Below are positions 14,301-25,357 of a stretch of 64,000 nucleotides of DNA, piece after piece (positions within the stretch are counted from its first letter, which is position 1; every line of letters starts with the position of its first letter). The translations under genes were made by a program, and so were the position numbers. Under the pieces are notes generated by a model, which had not been told where the DNA came from, ran no database searches, and was given only the letters and a program-made list of their open reading frames with translations. Source of the stretch: Lingula anatina (lineage: Eukaryota; Animalia; Brachiopoda); assembly GCA_051362555.1 (NCBI GenBank), contig CM120640.1, positions 65,698,788-65,762,787 on the forward strand, written 5' to 3'.

Positions 14301-17300
14301 TCATATGGATACCGTAATTACTCTATCTTTTCAATGGGAGAAAATTGCAAATTTTACAGATACTGTATTTTTAAGTCATAAAGTCATAAAATTAGAACAT
14401 CAAATTAAAAAGCAGGCTACTATATAGTTCTACTCTATGCACTTTAAGTTATCAATACACGCATAAAATGTTTTATTTTAAACCTGAGTTTTTGAAAGAT
14501 AGTGTGCTCTATTCTTTATAGAAAATGTAACTGGGTATTTTTATTATTATTATTTTTTTTTTTTTTGGGGGGGGGGGGGGAATAAATGTCAAGAGATCAA
14601 CAATGAATTTGTAGTACATGCATAAATTCAAAAATCGGTCAACAAACCCAGAATATTATCAATAGATTGTATTTAATCAAGCAGTACAATGAAGTCATCA
14701 AATAAACACTAGAATCTATCAACCAGGGTATCATTCTTACAAGATAAATGAAGTCTCATAAATCAACAACAACAAAAAAAAAAGATAAACCAGCTGTCTA
14801 ACTGGATAAGAGACTCAAAACAATAAATTCATTTATTTTCCATACACTTCTAGCCTGGAGTGCAAAAATTTCTAGTGCAAACACATTTCACAACATGTAC
14901 TCTCTTAACACAGATCTAGCTTGTGTGATATTATGATGCACAGGAAACTTTAACTTGAAAGATATGTATCCTAAATAACAGACATTTTTATACTCGATGT
15001 AATGCTTGATAAATATTAAAGGGATAATAACTCTTTGTATGAGATCTATATTTCACAATAAAAACCTTGTGAATAACTCGTAGAAATATAATATATTCTG
15101 TTTTACCACAAAAACAGCAGTTATAGCTTTTATTCTGATATCTGAACTTGTCTTTAGACCACGTGACCTCCATTGATGTCTATACTCTGTTAAAATCTCT
15201 TAAGAGATTTTAACAAAAAACCAAACTTTTTAGAAAAAAACCAGGGACTAACTTTGAATGTAAAAATGGACTCATTAACCATTGGTAAGTATGGGAAAAT
15301 TGTTGTTTACTCCAGGAAAATTCATTTTTTGGCCGAAACGAAGAGTTATTATTGCTTTAACATCATTTTTCTTAATATTAGGTGTTTTTAAATACTTACA
15401 AGACAGATGGGTTGACTCTTCAGTTTTGTCCAATGAATCTTTAATGAAAAAAATAACAATAAAGATTATTGAACTATTCAAATTAAAAATAGTAACTTAA
15501 GATTATTCTAAACAATTTCAATCCTTCCTGTGTTTATTCACAGCTTACAAAAGTACCAGATTAATAAAATACTTTTATGAACCTTGTGAGACATGTAAGC
15601 TGATATGGCTCAAATTTCTAAAATCATGAAAAAAAAAAAAAAACAATATTTTCTTTAACTGACTTCTCTCTGGAACTTTTTTTCAGAGAACACTCACAGT
15701 TGCTTTTTTTACAAAGTTAAAAATACCAAGTACATCAATCTTGGTGTAACCAGACAGGGTATACTAGTCATCTATAGATAGTGAAGTCACTTACAAAGAT
15801 GGCTAAATTACTGCTAGGGCACTCGGCCATTTATGTAATGTGGCTGCATTACTAGAGTATTTGTAGGTTGCCACTTATGCTTAAATTATTCATTGACGTC
15901 ATATTAATTTACAAAGCAGCAAACAGTTTAAAATCGTTTCATAATTATCTATCTAATTAGTCAGAATGAAATGGAAACAAACAAAAAAATACATATACCC
16001 CAACATGTGTAGTAATATATTTGTGTGGTTACATTTTGCAAATGTCCTCTCTGAGAAAAAAAAGCTTATCTTTCTAATGTTAAATCTTTTGCAGCCTGTG
16101 TAGTTCCCATAAATCTTAAAACAAACTACTTATTAAAAGTCCCACATGTCTGAAGAATATTTATTGATATCTTTTTCCTTTTCACATCAAAATGAATTAA
16201 ACCCTACAACAAAGGAAGGTCTTTTTTGTCATGCTCTAACATGCATATGTACCAGTAATGAAAAATGTAAAATGAATCCTTAACATATATCATTTCATTA
16301 TATATTGATTAATAGACTATCATATTTACATCAAGCTTTATGCCTACAATGCTATTCAGATTGAATCATGTGAACTTTTTTCTTAGATTCATCTATCAAA
16401 CTTCTTTGGATCTTGAGCTTTTTCCTCCTTAATTTTTCCTTTCACACAATGGCAAGCACAGACACACATTTAAGTATATAAAGCAATGCCCTGTCACCTG
16501 CTTTGTCATAACTAATGACATCAATCCATCTGCCCACAGATCCATATTATACAATATCAATTTCATCTTCTATGAAAGCTTTTCATTTATGTGAAAAGTT
16601 ATATATGACTGCATAATATTATAGAATTTGTTTTAGACTAAAAGTTATACTAATTGATTTGATTTTTACAAAATTTATAAATCATAGTTGTTCTCACATA
16701 ATGACAATCAATAAATCTAAGGTCTCATGACAATTTTGACAGTAGACTATAAATGTTGATCACAGCAGACAGGATCAGTAGACAGACTAAATTCATGGAA
16801 TAGGAACTGATATCATTTTAAGTCTGTATGTAAAACTAGTTACAAGTATTAAACTATGAAGAGGTGTGTCTGTTAAGGCCACTTCAGGCTATGTACTACT
16901 GGTATGTATACAGAGACAAGGCCCTGACCAAGTCATGGTCACTACATTCAAATTCATATAAATGATCTTTGCTTTTGAGGTTTTCTTTACAAACAAGATG
17001 TCAGTAAATTTCTTTAAAAGTTTCTAAAGTGGTAAAAATGCCCTTGCATGCTTATTATACTGTTGTGTTACTAGTAATAATATTATACAGCATTATGTGT
17101 GGATTCTGACCCTATACTAATCTTTTAGATATTAAATAAGCTTACCCTGATTGACACCCGGTTGCACACAGCTTTGCTAAGCCTTAACCATGTTGGAAGA
17201 TCCAGCAGCTCCATTAATACATTCTCATTGAGTTCTAGGTTGGTGAGCTCACCTTCTCCCTTGAATGTGCTCAGGTTAATCTTATCTGCTGATAGATTCT

Positions 17301-18549
17301 TGGTAAACCTGTAGAAAAACACAAACAAATGAAATTTTCTTAAAAATTGTTCTACAATGTGTTAGAGAGAGATGAATGGACACAGTGGTCACGGTTATTT
17401 CAAACTAGAAGGGCATTAGACAGGCAACTGTGTATCTCCCAAATGTACCTTAAATAAATGCTTATATACTGATATTTCTCAAAATTCAAATAAATTTATT
17501 TCCCATTTATTGGAGAGAATGTGAGTATTCAATATTTCAAACTGCATTGTGGATTTAGTGCATCTATCCATTTAATTTGATCCATTGGCAGAGTAATATG
17601 AACCAATTTCCTTATTAAGGATATATAGATCTATAGAATTTAATCAGCTAAGTGAGATCTGTTTGAATGCAAGGTGTTGCAGAGCATAACTAGACCTTTG
17701 ATGGTAATCTTTACTTTTTTGTTCTTTCTTTCACTATCCTATATATTATATTGCTGGTCTTTGGTAATGCTCTACAGTACAGGGCATCATTTTCAAGCAA
17801 TGAACTACTTCAGATTGGCACTTTTACACAATGTCAAAATACAAGGAATGCCTTCATCAGTATGCCTGTTAAACATATACCCACTGTAAGGGTACATTTG
17901 TATGTCAGAAAGTTGGCAACTAAAACCTAGTAAGAACAGGTCAGATTATTCATTACTTCTTCATTTTGTCTTATATATTGATTCAGGGCTAAAACTGGCA
18001 CAAGGTCACTGTGAAGTTCACAACTGACAAGAGACATTTAGATTTACTATGGAAGAGGACTAAACAGAACATGCCTTATGAAGCCTCTTAAATTATTCTA
18101 TATTGCTTGGGACTTGAAGGTGACTAACTGCTATAATAATAACTTAAGCTCTCTAAACATATGCCTAAGTACAATGTGAATTAAAAGACAATTTATGATA
18201 CTATTTATTGTTCAAGGGACACATTCCTCCATTATTGTTTACATCAATATTTGGTACAACCCAGCCTGGGTACCCTATTAACGCATGAACATATCTTACA
18301 AATTTTATTTATAAACTTGTTTAACCATCAGTGAAGCCGGTAGCAACTTTCCGCCAGTGATATATCCGCAACTGTATGTCATCACAAAACAATGCTGTCA
18401 TAACGCATTCAACTCACATTATTTGCGGATATGACTGAGCCAATGGCGATAGTATTTTTCATGCCAGCACATTTAGATCGGTTAGGCATGAGCATTTTAA
18501 CTTACTTTGAGAGATGTTTAAGGATCTGGTTCTTGATCAGTGACGCCAT
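5309..18549 (-). CDS. BLTP3: Bridge-like lipid transfer protein family 3 (UHRF1BP1/UHRF1BP1L, SHIP164) ortholog, 18 coding exons
   Basis: Exons: 18506-18549 (MASLIKNQILKHLS), 17146-17308 (FTKNLSADKINLSTFKGEGELTNLEL...LDLPTWL), 15400-15438 (IHWTKLKSQPICL), 14110-14192, 13381-13489, 12914-13154 (WQTLRIEA...TPLRLITNQ), 12461-12624 (LDDLLWVLTDSQLKA), 12058-12265, 11638-11736 (GGAMQITL...DHYPFH), 10845-11315, 10484-10590, 9839-9904, 8498-9446, 7471-8207, 7000-7150, 6507-6763, 6191-6299, 5309-5805 (C-terminal coiled coil, stop). All GT-AG. The N-terminus matches the chorein-N start of vertebrate BLTP3A/B. Confidence 0.93.
15020..15356. mobile_element. Kolobok-like MITE, copy 1 (in BLTP3 intron 3)
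   Basis: TTAA on both sides (15016-19 and 15357-60). TIRs AGGGATAATAACTCTT / AAGAGTTATTATTGCT with RR...YY termini. Closely similar copy at 38685-39008. Confidence 0.75.
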
Positions 18550-20653
18550 TCCTCTGTTTGAGTACTTATGACAGCAATTAACGCAGTTTTGTTCTTTCTC
18601 TTGTTTTCATCCCATCTTCAACGATGTTCAATGGCATAATGGCGACGCACTATTTTAACCAATCACCACTAAAGCAATCATTTCTGCTGAATGCTCTGTT
18701 GTTGTTATTTTTCTAACGTGCGACGAGCACTGCAACATGTACCCGCAGTTCTTCACTCGTATTTTTCCATTATACATGATTATTCAACACATGATTATTC
18801 AACACGAGTGACCTAATCATACATCTTTCGGAGTGGTATCCTTCCCTGTGTTAACCCGATTTAGAGAATGAACAAACACTGTTGATGGTTGCAATCCGAA
18901 TTTTACTGAACACGTTCTGCGGTTCACGTTAGATTCTAGTGTACTAACTAATGTACCGGTGTCACCGATGTTGTGTAAAGTGCTTACACGCACGTGTATT
19001 ACCAGTATACGACATACATTTCAAATTCACTTTCTTTCACATACCAAAATGCTGGCCTTGTTTTTCACACTGTCTTCTTGTCAAAAATGTTTTTAAAATT
19101 TTCAATGGAATTAACCAATACGTTTGGCTAGTTATAATTTCTATCATGTCACCGATGTCACCGAATAATTACACTTATAATTATAGTTTCCTTTTTCCCA
19201 TGTCAGCTCGTGTCAGGTGCATATTGTGTCATTGGTGTTAAACCTTGAATTAAGAGCGATATCATATTGTTTTATTGCAAAGTTTCATTAAAGTTTAGGC
19301 CTATTATGTCACTGCTATAAATAGCATGGACATGTGGAAAATTTGATTAACATTCGGCTTCATGTCCATGGGAGCTCTGAGTCACACAATGAATAGGCCA
19401 ACACGATAACAATGAATATTTCACTGCTTTTCCAACTCAGGCTGCATTTAGTCCTGTTTCTTTTTTGAAAGTTTGACAATCATAAGTAACATGGTTTTCC
19501 CATAATGGTCATCATGGCAGCAGCACCCAAAATTGTGTTTTCTTCTATTTTGATGCAATATTACATAATGCTTAACACCATAATGACCATCAATTTTTAA
19601 TAATAAAATATATGCATCATGGATTTTCAGAAAATGTGACTAGCATGGGTCTTCAAGCCCATGGAGGTTCTAAGTCAAAGAATTTGAAAATGCTAACATG
19701 TGAAAACTTAAATTTTCATGAAAAACTGTTTAACTGACAGAAAGAATTACCAAACAGACTGCATTAACAAATGGAATTGTGTTTTAGTCCTATGCTTCTT
19801 TCCTGTAAGTTTGAGAACAATAAGTGACATGGTTTTCCTTAAATGGTCATCATGGGAGCAGTGCCTAAAATAGGGGTTTCTTCAAATTTTGATGCAACAT
19901 TACATAATGTTTAACAGCATAATGACCATAAATTTTTAATAATAAAATATTAGTATCATGGATATTCAGAAAAATGTGACTAGCAAAGGTCTTCAGGACC
20001 ATGGAACTTCAAAGTCACACCTTGAAAATGCCAATATGTGAAAAATTAAATTTTCACAAAAAAACTGTTTAACTGCCAGAAAGAATTACCAAACAGACTG
20101 CATTAACAAATGGAATTGTGTTTTAGTCCTATGCTTCTTTCCTGTAAGTTTGAGAACAATAAGTGACATGGTTTTCCTTAAGTGGTCATCATGGGAGCAG
20201 TGCCTAAAATAGGGGTTTCTTCAAATTTTGATGCAATATTACATAATGTTTAACAGCATAATGACCATCAATTTTTAATAATAAAATATTCAATTCAATT
20301 CAATTCAATTTATTTCTGTACTGGTACATAGATTGTCATGACCTTGTACAATATGATATACTAATGACGATACAATACAGTTAGTGCATTACCATCTTTA
20401 TATAATGGACATACGTATCAGTAAAATTACTCATAAAATATTCTATCTAAGCAATGCGATAAACCTTGGTGTGATTTTAAATTTACCATAAACATACTAT
20501 AAACATGTTACACAAAAAGAATATGTTTAAACTTAAACCAAGGTTACATAGCTGTTTAAAGCCAGTTTGATGACATGGATAATTACGACTAATGACAATT
20601 ACATAAGACAGATAAGTAAATAAGTTACACAGATATAAATATTGTGCCATGTT

Positions 20654-20801
20654 TGTTGCATATTGTAATGTAATTAACATATCTCCCATAATGCATTGTT
20701 CCTTCTCTACCAGATAGCCAGCATGGCTGGACGTGTTATGTAATAAATGAGTTATTAAAAAAATGTTAACTTGAGTTACATAACAACAGAAAACTACGAC
20801 A
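20654..20801 (+). repeat. 5' LTR (148 bp)
   Basis: TGTTGCATATTG...AAAACTACGACA, identical by eye to 25141-25288; contains AATAAA. Confidence 0.96.
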
Positions 20802-20819
20802 TGGTGTCAGAATCGGGAT
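20802..20819 (+). other. Primer binding site (tRNA-Leu-like)
   Basis: TGGTGTCAGAATCGGGAT immediately after the LTR, close to the TGGTGTCAGAAGTGGGAT tRNA-Leu PBS common in Gypsy elements. Confidence 0.75.
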
Positions 20820-20919
20820 CTACATTGGATGTAGCATAATTTGGAGATTGGATGACCCACAAACTACAAGATAAAAACGGATTTAGAATCACTAAAAAAA
20901 AAAAAAAAGGAAAAAAAAA

Positions 20920-23900
20920 ATGGAGCACATGTATGGGATACAGCCGCCTCACATGGACTGGGAATCCATGGACTTACCGCGTACGTTCAAACTTTTCAAG
21001 GAAAAGTGTGAATTGATATTTGAAGGACCTTTAGATGCTGTAGCAGAGGAAAGACAAGTGAAATTTCTTCTCCTTTGGATCGGAGAAAAAGGCCGCGAAA
21101 TTGTGAAAACTTTTAACATTGATGATCCAGACGTGTTGACCTCGTATTGGCAAAAATTGGAAGAATACACGAAGCCCAAAAGTAACTTTCGAATTCAGAG
21201 ATTTAAACTTAGAGCATGCAGACAAGAAGCAGGTGAGAGCATTGATTCTTTTGTCAGACGAATCAGACTCGTGGCAAATGAATGCAAATATACCGATGTT
21301 GATCAACACATAATTGACACTCTCATTTTTGGCACTAACTCGGAGAGAATTCAGGCGAAATTATTACAAAGAGAGGACGATTTGACTTTAGATCAGGCTC
21401 TTGTTATTGCACGAACAGAGGAAGCAACTAAGAAACAGATTGAGGATCTTCACAGTACAGCAGCAAAGGAAATTCATGCACTACGGCCAAGTGGAAACAG
21501 TCAAAGAGGGAGACCGCGTTTCAGACAGCCACAACATCGCACTCCTCGCCAGCAAACTCAATCAAAGGTACCAAACAAACAACGCTCACGACAGCCACTG
21601 CAAGAATGTGGTAAGTGTGGAACTGAACATGTTTTTCAACAGTGCCCAGCTAAAGGTACAATTTGTCTCAAATGTGGCAAGCCAGATCACTGGAAAAGGG
21701 TATGTAGAACAAAAACAGTAACTGCATCGACCCATAGTAAAACTGTGCATTCAGTAGCAAATGAAAGTGACAGTAGCAGTGTATACTTTGACTCTATATA
21801 TGTAGATAGTATTCAGTCAAAACAGTCCCCAGTCAAGCCATTTGCTGACATTGAAGTTAAAGTTGGGAACTCTACTTCAACATTACGTTGCAAAATAGAC
21901 ACTGGTGCTGAGGGAAATGTAATACCACTGTCTTCTTTCAAAAAACTTGCAATTCAGCAACCGCTAAAGCCTACGAATGACACGATTACTGCATATGGTG
22001 GCAGTAAGTTACTAGTATGTGGAATAGCAACATTGACATTCACAAATGACAAGGTCATGGTGACCTCAGACAGCTATATTGTGGACTGTGAAGGACCAGT
22101 TATACTAGGAATGGAAACCAGTCAGAAACTGGGACTTGTTACTCTGAACATAAATACAGTGACAAGACAGTCCATACTATCAGAGTATAAGGATATCTTT
22201 GAAGGTATCGGGAAATTGGATGGGGAATATCACATTAATATTGACCCCACTGTTTCTCCTGTTGTTCACCCACCACGCCGTGTACCTATTGCATTGCAGC
22301 CAGCACTCAAGGAGGAGTTGGACTCTCTCGTTGAGCAAGGGATCCTGTCACCAGTCACACAACCAACGAAATGGGTAAACTCATGTGTATGTGTTACCAA
22401 ACCCAATGGAAAAATACGTCTCTGCCTGGATCCAAAAGACTTAAATACGGCAATTAGACGTCCACACCACTACACACCAACACTGGATGACATCCTACCT
22501 CAACTGAGTGGCGCACGTTATTTCAGTATACTTGACCTTCGGAGTGGGTATTGGAATATCATGTTAGATGAAGAAAGTTCTCTTCTGACTACCTTCAATA
22601 CGCCCTTCGGAAGATTTAGATACAACAGACTACCCTTTGGCCTCTCGCTATCTCAAGACGTCTTCCAGGCCAAGATTGAAGAAGTATTCAAAGACATTCC
22701 AGGGTGTACCGGAATCGCCGACGACCTCATCATAGCAGGTTGGCAAGAAGACGGATCTGACCACGATGCGACTCTGCGCGTAGTATTAGATACAGCCAGA
22801 AGAAAGGGGATACGCTTTAATGAAGACAAGATGATTCTTAGAAAGGAGGAAATTCCATTCTTCGGTCATATCATAGGAAAAGACGGGCTAAAACCAGACC
22901 CAGCAAAGGTAGAAGCCATTAATGTGATGAATGAGCCGAGAAATGTATCCGAGCTACAAACATTCCTTGGGATGACCAATTATCTAAGCAGATACATTCC
23001 CCATATGTCTCAACTTACAGCCAGTCTCAGAGACCTGTGCAAGAAGGATAGTGTTTTTCAGTGGAATGCTGAACACAGTATTGCATTCAACGAGATTAAA
23101 AGAGAAATAGCAAACGCCACCAACCTACAATTCTACGACAGTAGCAAGTCACTTACACTCCAAGTTGACGCTTCATCTTATGGATTAGGAGCTGCCTTAA
23201 TCCAGGATAAAGGCCCAGTTGCATATGCTAGCAAAGCACTCACAGAAACAGAGTCACGTTACTCAAATATTGAACGCGAGATGTTAGCAGTAGTGTTTGG
23301 TCTTGAAAAGTTTCACCATTATGTCTATGGTAGACATGTTAAAGTAGAGACTGATCACAAGCCTCTAGAAGCCATTTTCAAGAAGCACCTACACAACGCA
23401 CCACCGCGTCTGACTCGCATGTTGCTGAGAACGCAGTGTTATGACACAGAGATTGTGTATGTCCCAGGCAAAAATATAGGACTAGCTGATGCCCTCTCTC
23501 GCATGAAACCTTGTGATGGTGACGACATCAAAGGACTTGACATTACAGTACATGAATTACACTCGTACATGAACGCAAGTCCAACACGCATTGAGCAAAT
23601 TCGCGAGGAAACTAGTAAGGAACCACAGCTAGCAGCTCTTCGTGAAATGATTTCTGTAGGATGGCCAGCTACACGCAGCGAGTGTCCAGAAATTCTTCAC
23701 CCATACTGGAACTACCGTGATGAGTTAGGCATCGCAGATGGAATCATAATGAAGGGGAATAGGATGATTATTCCTACAGTACTTCGCCCTGACCTACTTA
23801 AACAGCTACATTATGCCCACCAGGGAGTGGAGAAATGTAAGCTACGTGCAAAATCATCAGTATTCTGGCCTGGCATGAATAATGATATTGAGCACACAGT

Positions 23901-24846
23901 CGGACTGTGTCCACCTTGCCAGAAACACCAAGCTGCCAACAGTAAGGAACCCTTATTGCCAGCAGATGTACCTCCCCGCGCATGGCACACATTAGCAGCA
24001 GATTTGTTCTATTGGAGACAAACTGACTACTTATTAGTTGCTGACCAGTACAGCAAATATCCCTTAGTGCGGAAACTTCCAAGTACATCATCAGGCAGTG
24101 TAATTGCACACTTAAAGAGCATATTTGAGGAGCATGGCATCCCTGAGATTCTTAAAACTGACAATGGACCTCAGTTTTCATCAGAAGGATTCAAAAACTT
24201 CGCAAACACTTGGGGATTTACGCACATCACATCCTCACCTATGTATCCGCAGTCAAATGGATTCATAGAACGAATGGTACAGACTGTTAAAAGTCTATTT
24301 CAGAAAGCATGGGAATCAAATTCAGATCCCCACCTATCCATGTTATGTCTTCGCACAACACCCATTGATCACAACCTACCAGCGCCTTGTGAGTTATTGA
24401 ATAACCGGAAGTATAAAACAAATATTCCCGCTGGACAGTCACAGTTGAACTCCGACTACAATGTAGCATTACAGAAGAGACAGAACGCAAGTAAAACCCA
24501 CTATGATCAGCATGCCAAACCACTTGCACCTTTACATGAAGGAGAATTTGTTCGCATGTATGACACTCAGAATAATACATGGCAACCTGCCAAAGTTAAA
24601 ACTGTATCAGACAAACCCAGATCTTATTATGTGGAATCCAATGGTGGAAATTACCGACGCAACAGGAAACACATTCATAAGACAAAAGAACATTTTGATT
24701 TCAGAAACAATGAGATTGAGGAAACTGATGAACCTCTTGTTGACATTACAAACACAGAGACTGTTACAAAATGTGAAACACCTCAATCTCAACCCTTACG
24801 CAGATCAAGCAGGAACATTAAACCTCCAGAGAGACTGAACTTATGA
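20920..24846 (+). CDS. Gag-Pol polyprotein, 1308 aa
   Basis: Gag with two zinc knuckles (CGKCGTEHVFQQC, CLKCGKPDHWKRVC); protease KIDTGA; RT (LDLRSGYW, RLPFGL, IADD); RNase H (QVDAS, EREMLA, TDHKPL); integrase (HYAHQG...CPPC, DLF, TDNGPQF, NGFIERMVQTVK). Confidence 0.97.
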   Translation: MEHMYGIQPPHMDWESMDLPRTFKLFKEKCELIFEGPLDAVAEERQVKFLLLWIGEKGREIVKTFNIDDPDVLTSYWQKLEEYTKPKSNFRIQRFKLRACRQEAGESIDSFVRRIRLVANECKYTDVDQHIIDTLIFGTNSERIQAKLLQREDDLTLDQALVIARTEEATKKQIEDLHSTAAKEIHALRPSGNSQRGRPRFRQPQHRTPRQQTQSKVPNKQRSRQPLQECGKCGTEHVFQQCPAKGTICLKCGKPDHWKRVCRTKTVTASTHSKTVHSVANESDSSSVYFDSIYVDSIQSKQSPVKPFADIEVKVGNSTSTLRCKIDTGAEGNVIPLSSFKKLAIQQPLKPTNDTITAYGGSKLLVCGIATLTFTNDKVMVTSDSYIVDCEGPVILGMETSQKLGLVTLNINTVTRQSILSEYKDIFEGIGKLDGEYHINIDPTVSPVVHPPRRVPIALQPALKEELDSLVEQGILSPVTQPTKWVNSCVCVTKPNGKIRLCLDPKDLNTAIRRPHHYTPTLDDILPQLSGARYFSILDLRSGYWNIMLDEESSLLTTFNTPFGRFRYNRLPFGLSLSQDVFQAKIEEVFKDIPGCTGIADDLIIAGWQEDGSDHDATLRVVLDTARRKGIRFNEDKMILRKEEIPFFGHIIGKDGLKPDPAKVEAINVMNEPRNVSELQTFLGMTNYLSRYIPHMSQLTASLRDLCKKDSVFQWNAEHSIAFNEIKREIANATNLQFYDSSKSLTLQVDASSYGLGAALIQDKGPVAYASKALTETESRYSNIEREMLAVVFGLEKFHHYVYGRHVKVETDHKPLEAIFKKHLHNAPPRLTRMLLRTQCYDTEIVYVPGKNIGLADALSRMKPCDGDDIKGLDITVHELHSYMNASPTRIEQIREETSKEPQLAALREMISVGWPATRSECPEILHPYWNYRDELGIADGIIMKGNRMIIPTVLRPDLLKQLHYAHQGVEKCKLRAKSSVFWPGMNNDIEHTVGLCPPCQKHQAANSKEPLLPADVPPRAWHTLAADLFYWRQTDYLLVADQYSKYPLVRKLPSTSSGSVIAHLKSIFEEHGIPEILKTDNGPQFSSEGFKNFANTWGFTHITSSPMYPQSNGFIERMVQTVKSLFQKAWESNSDPHLSMLCLRTTPIDHNLPAPCELLNNRKYKTNIPAGQSQLNSDYNVALQKRQNASKTHYDQHAKPLAPLHEGEFVRMYDTQNNTWQPAKVKTVSDKPRSYYVESNGGNYRRNRKHIHKTKEHFDFRNNEIEETDEPLVDITNTETVTKCETPQSQPLRRSSRNIKPPERLNL

Positions 24847-25140
24847 ATAAATTCAGTAATAGTGACTGTAACAAGTCAGTTGTGAAAGATGTCACAAAAT
24901 TGACTGCAATTTGAATAAGCTAAATCATAATTGTTTCATTTATGAACTCTGGACTTGAGATTCTGTTGACTTTTGTGTTAAAACAAAAAAAAAACATTTA
25001 CATGTGCCTATGAACTGTGAACATTGAAATGTCTTGGAGACAAAGACAACACGGACAGTGAACTGATTATGTTTATTAGCAACTTAAAAAAAAATAATAA
25101 TAATTCCAGGATTTATTTTTATTTAAAAAAAAAAGGGAGA

Positions 25141-25288
25141 TGTTGCATATTGTAATGTAATTAACATATCTCCCATAATGCATTGTTCCTTCTCTACCAG
25201 ATAGCCAGCATGGCTGGACGTGTTATGTAATAAATGAGTTATTAAAAAAATGTTAACTTGAGTTACATAACAACAGAAAACTACGACA
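25141..25288 (+). repeat. 3' LTR (148 bp)
   Basis: Identical by eye to the 5' LTR; preceded by the polypurine tract AAAAAAAAAAGGGAGA. Confidence 0.96.
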
Positions 25289-25357
25289 ATGTTCAGTCCC
25301 ACTGCCGAGTCACTTCTCACAACAGTGGGACCATACACTGACATTTTAAGGGATATG

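Larger units (their letters stand above)
20654..25288 (+). mobile_element. Full-length Ty3/Gypsy LTR retrotransposon (Mag-like)
   Basis: Identical 148-bp LTRs (TG...CA). 5-bp TSD ATGTT at 20649-53 and 25289-93. PBS at 20802, polypurine tract ending at 25140, single gag-pol ORF in PR-RT-RH-IN order. Confidence 0.97.

Noticed and set aside
14988-15500. Duplicated small ORFs MEVTWSKDKFRYQN (also 38554-39034)
   Set aside because: Chance ORFs inside the two MITE copies, with no protein motifs.
20802-20819. tRNA gene
   Set aside because: Only an 18-nt PBS complementary to a tRNA 3' end; no cloverleaf. No tRNA or rRNA genes were recognised in the window.
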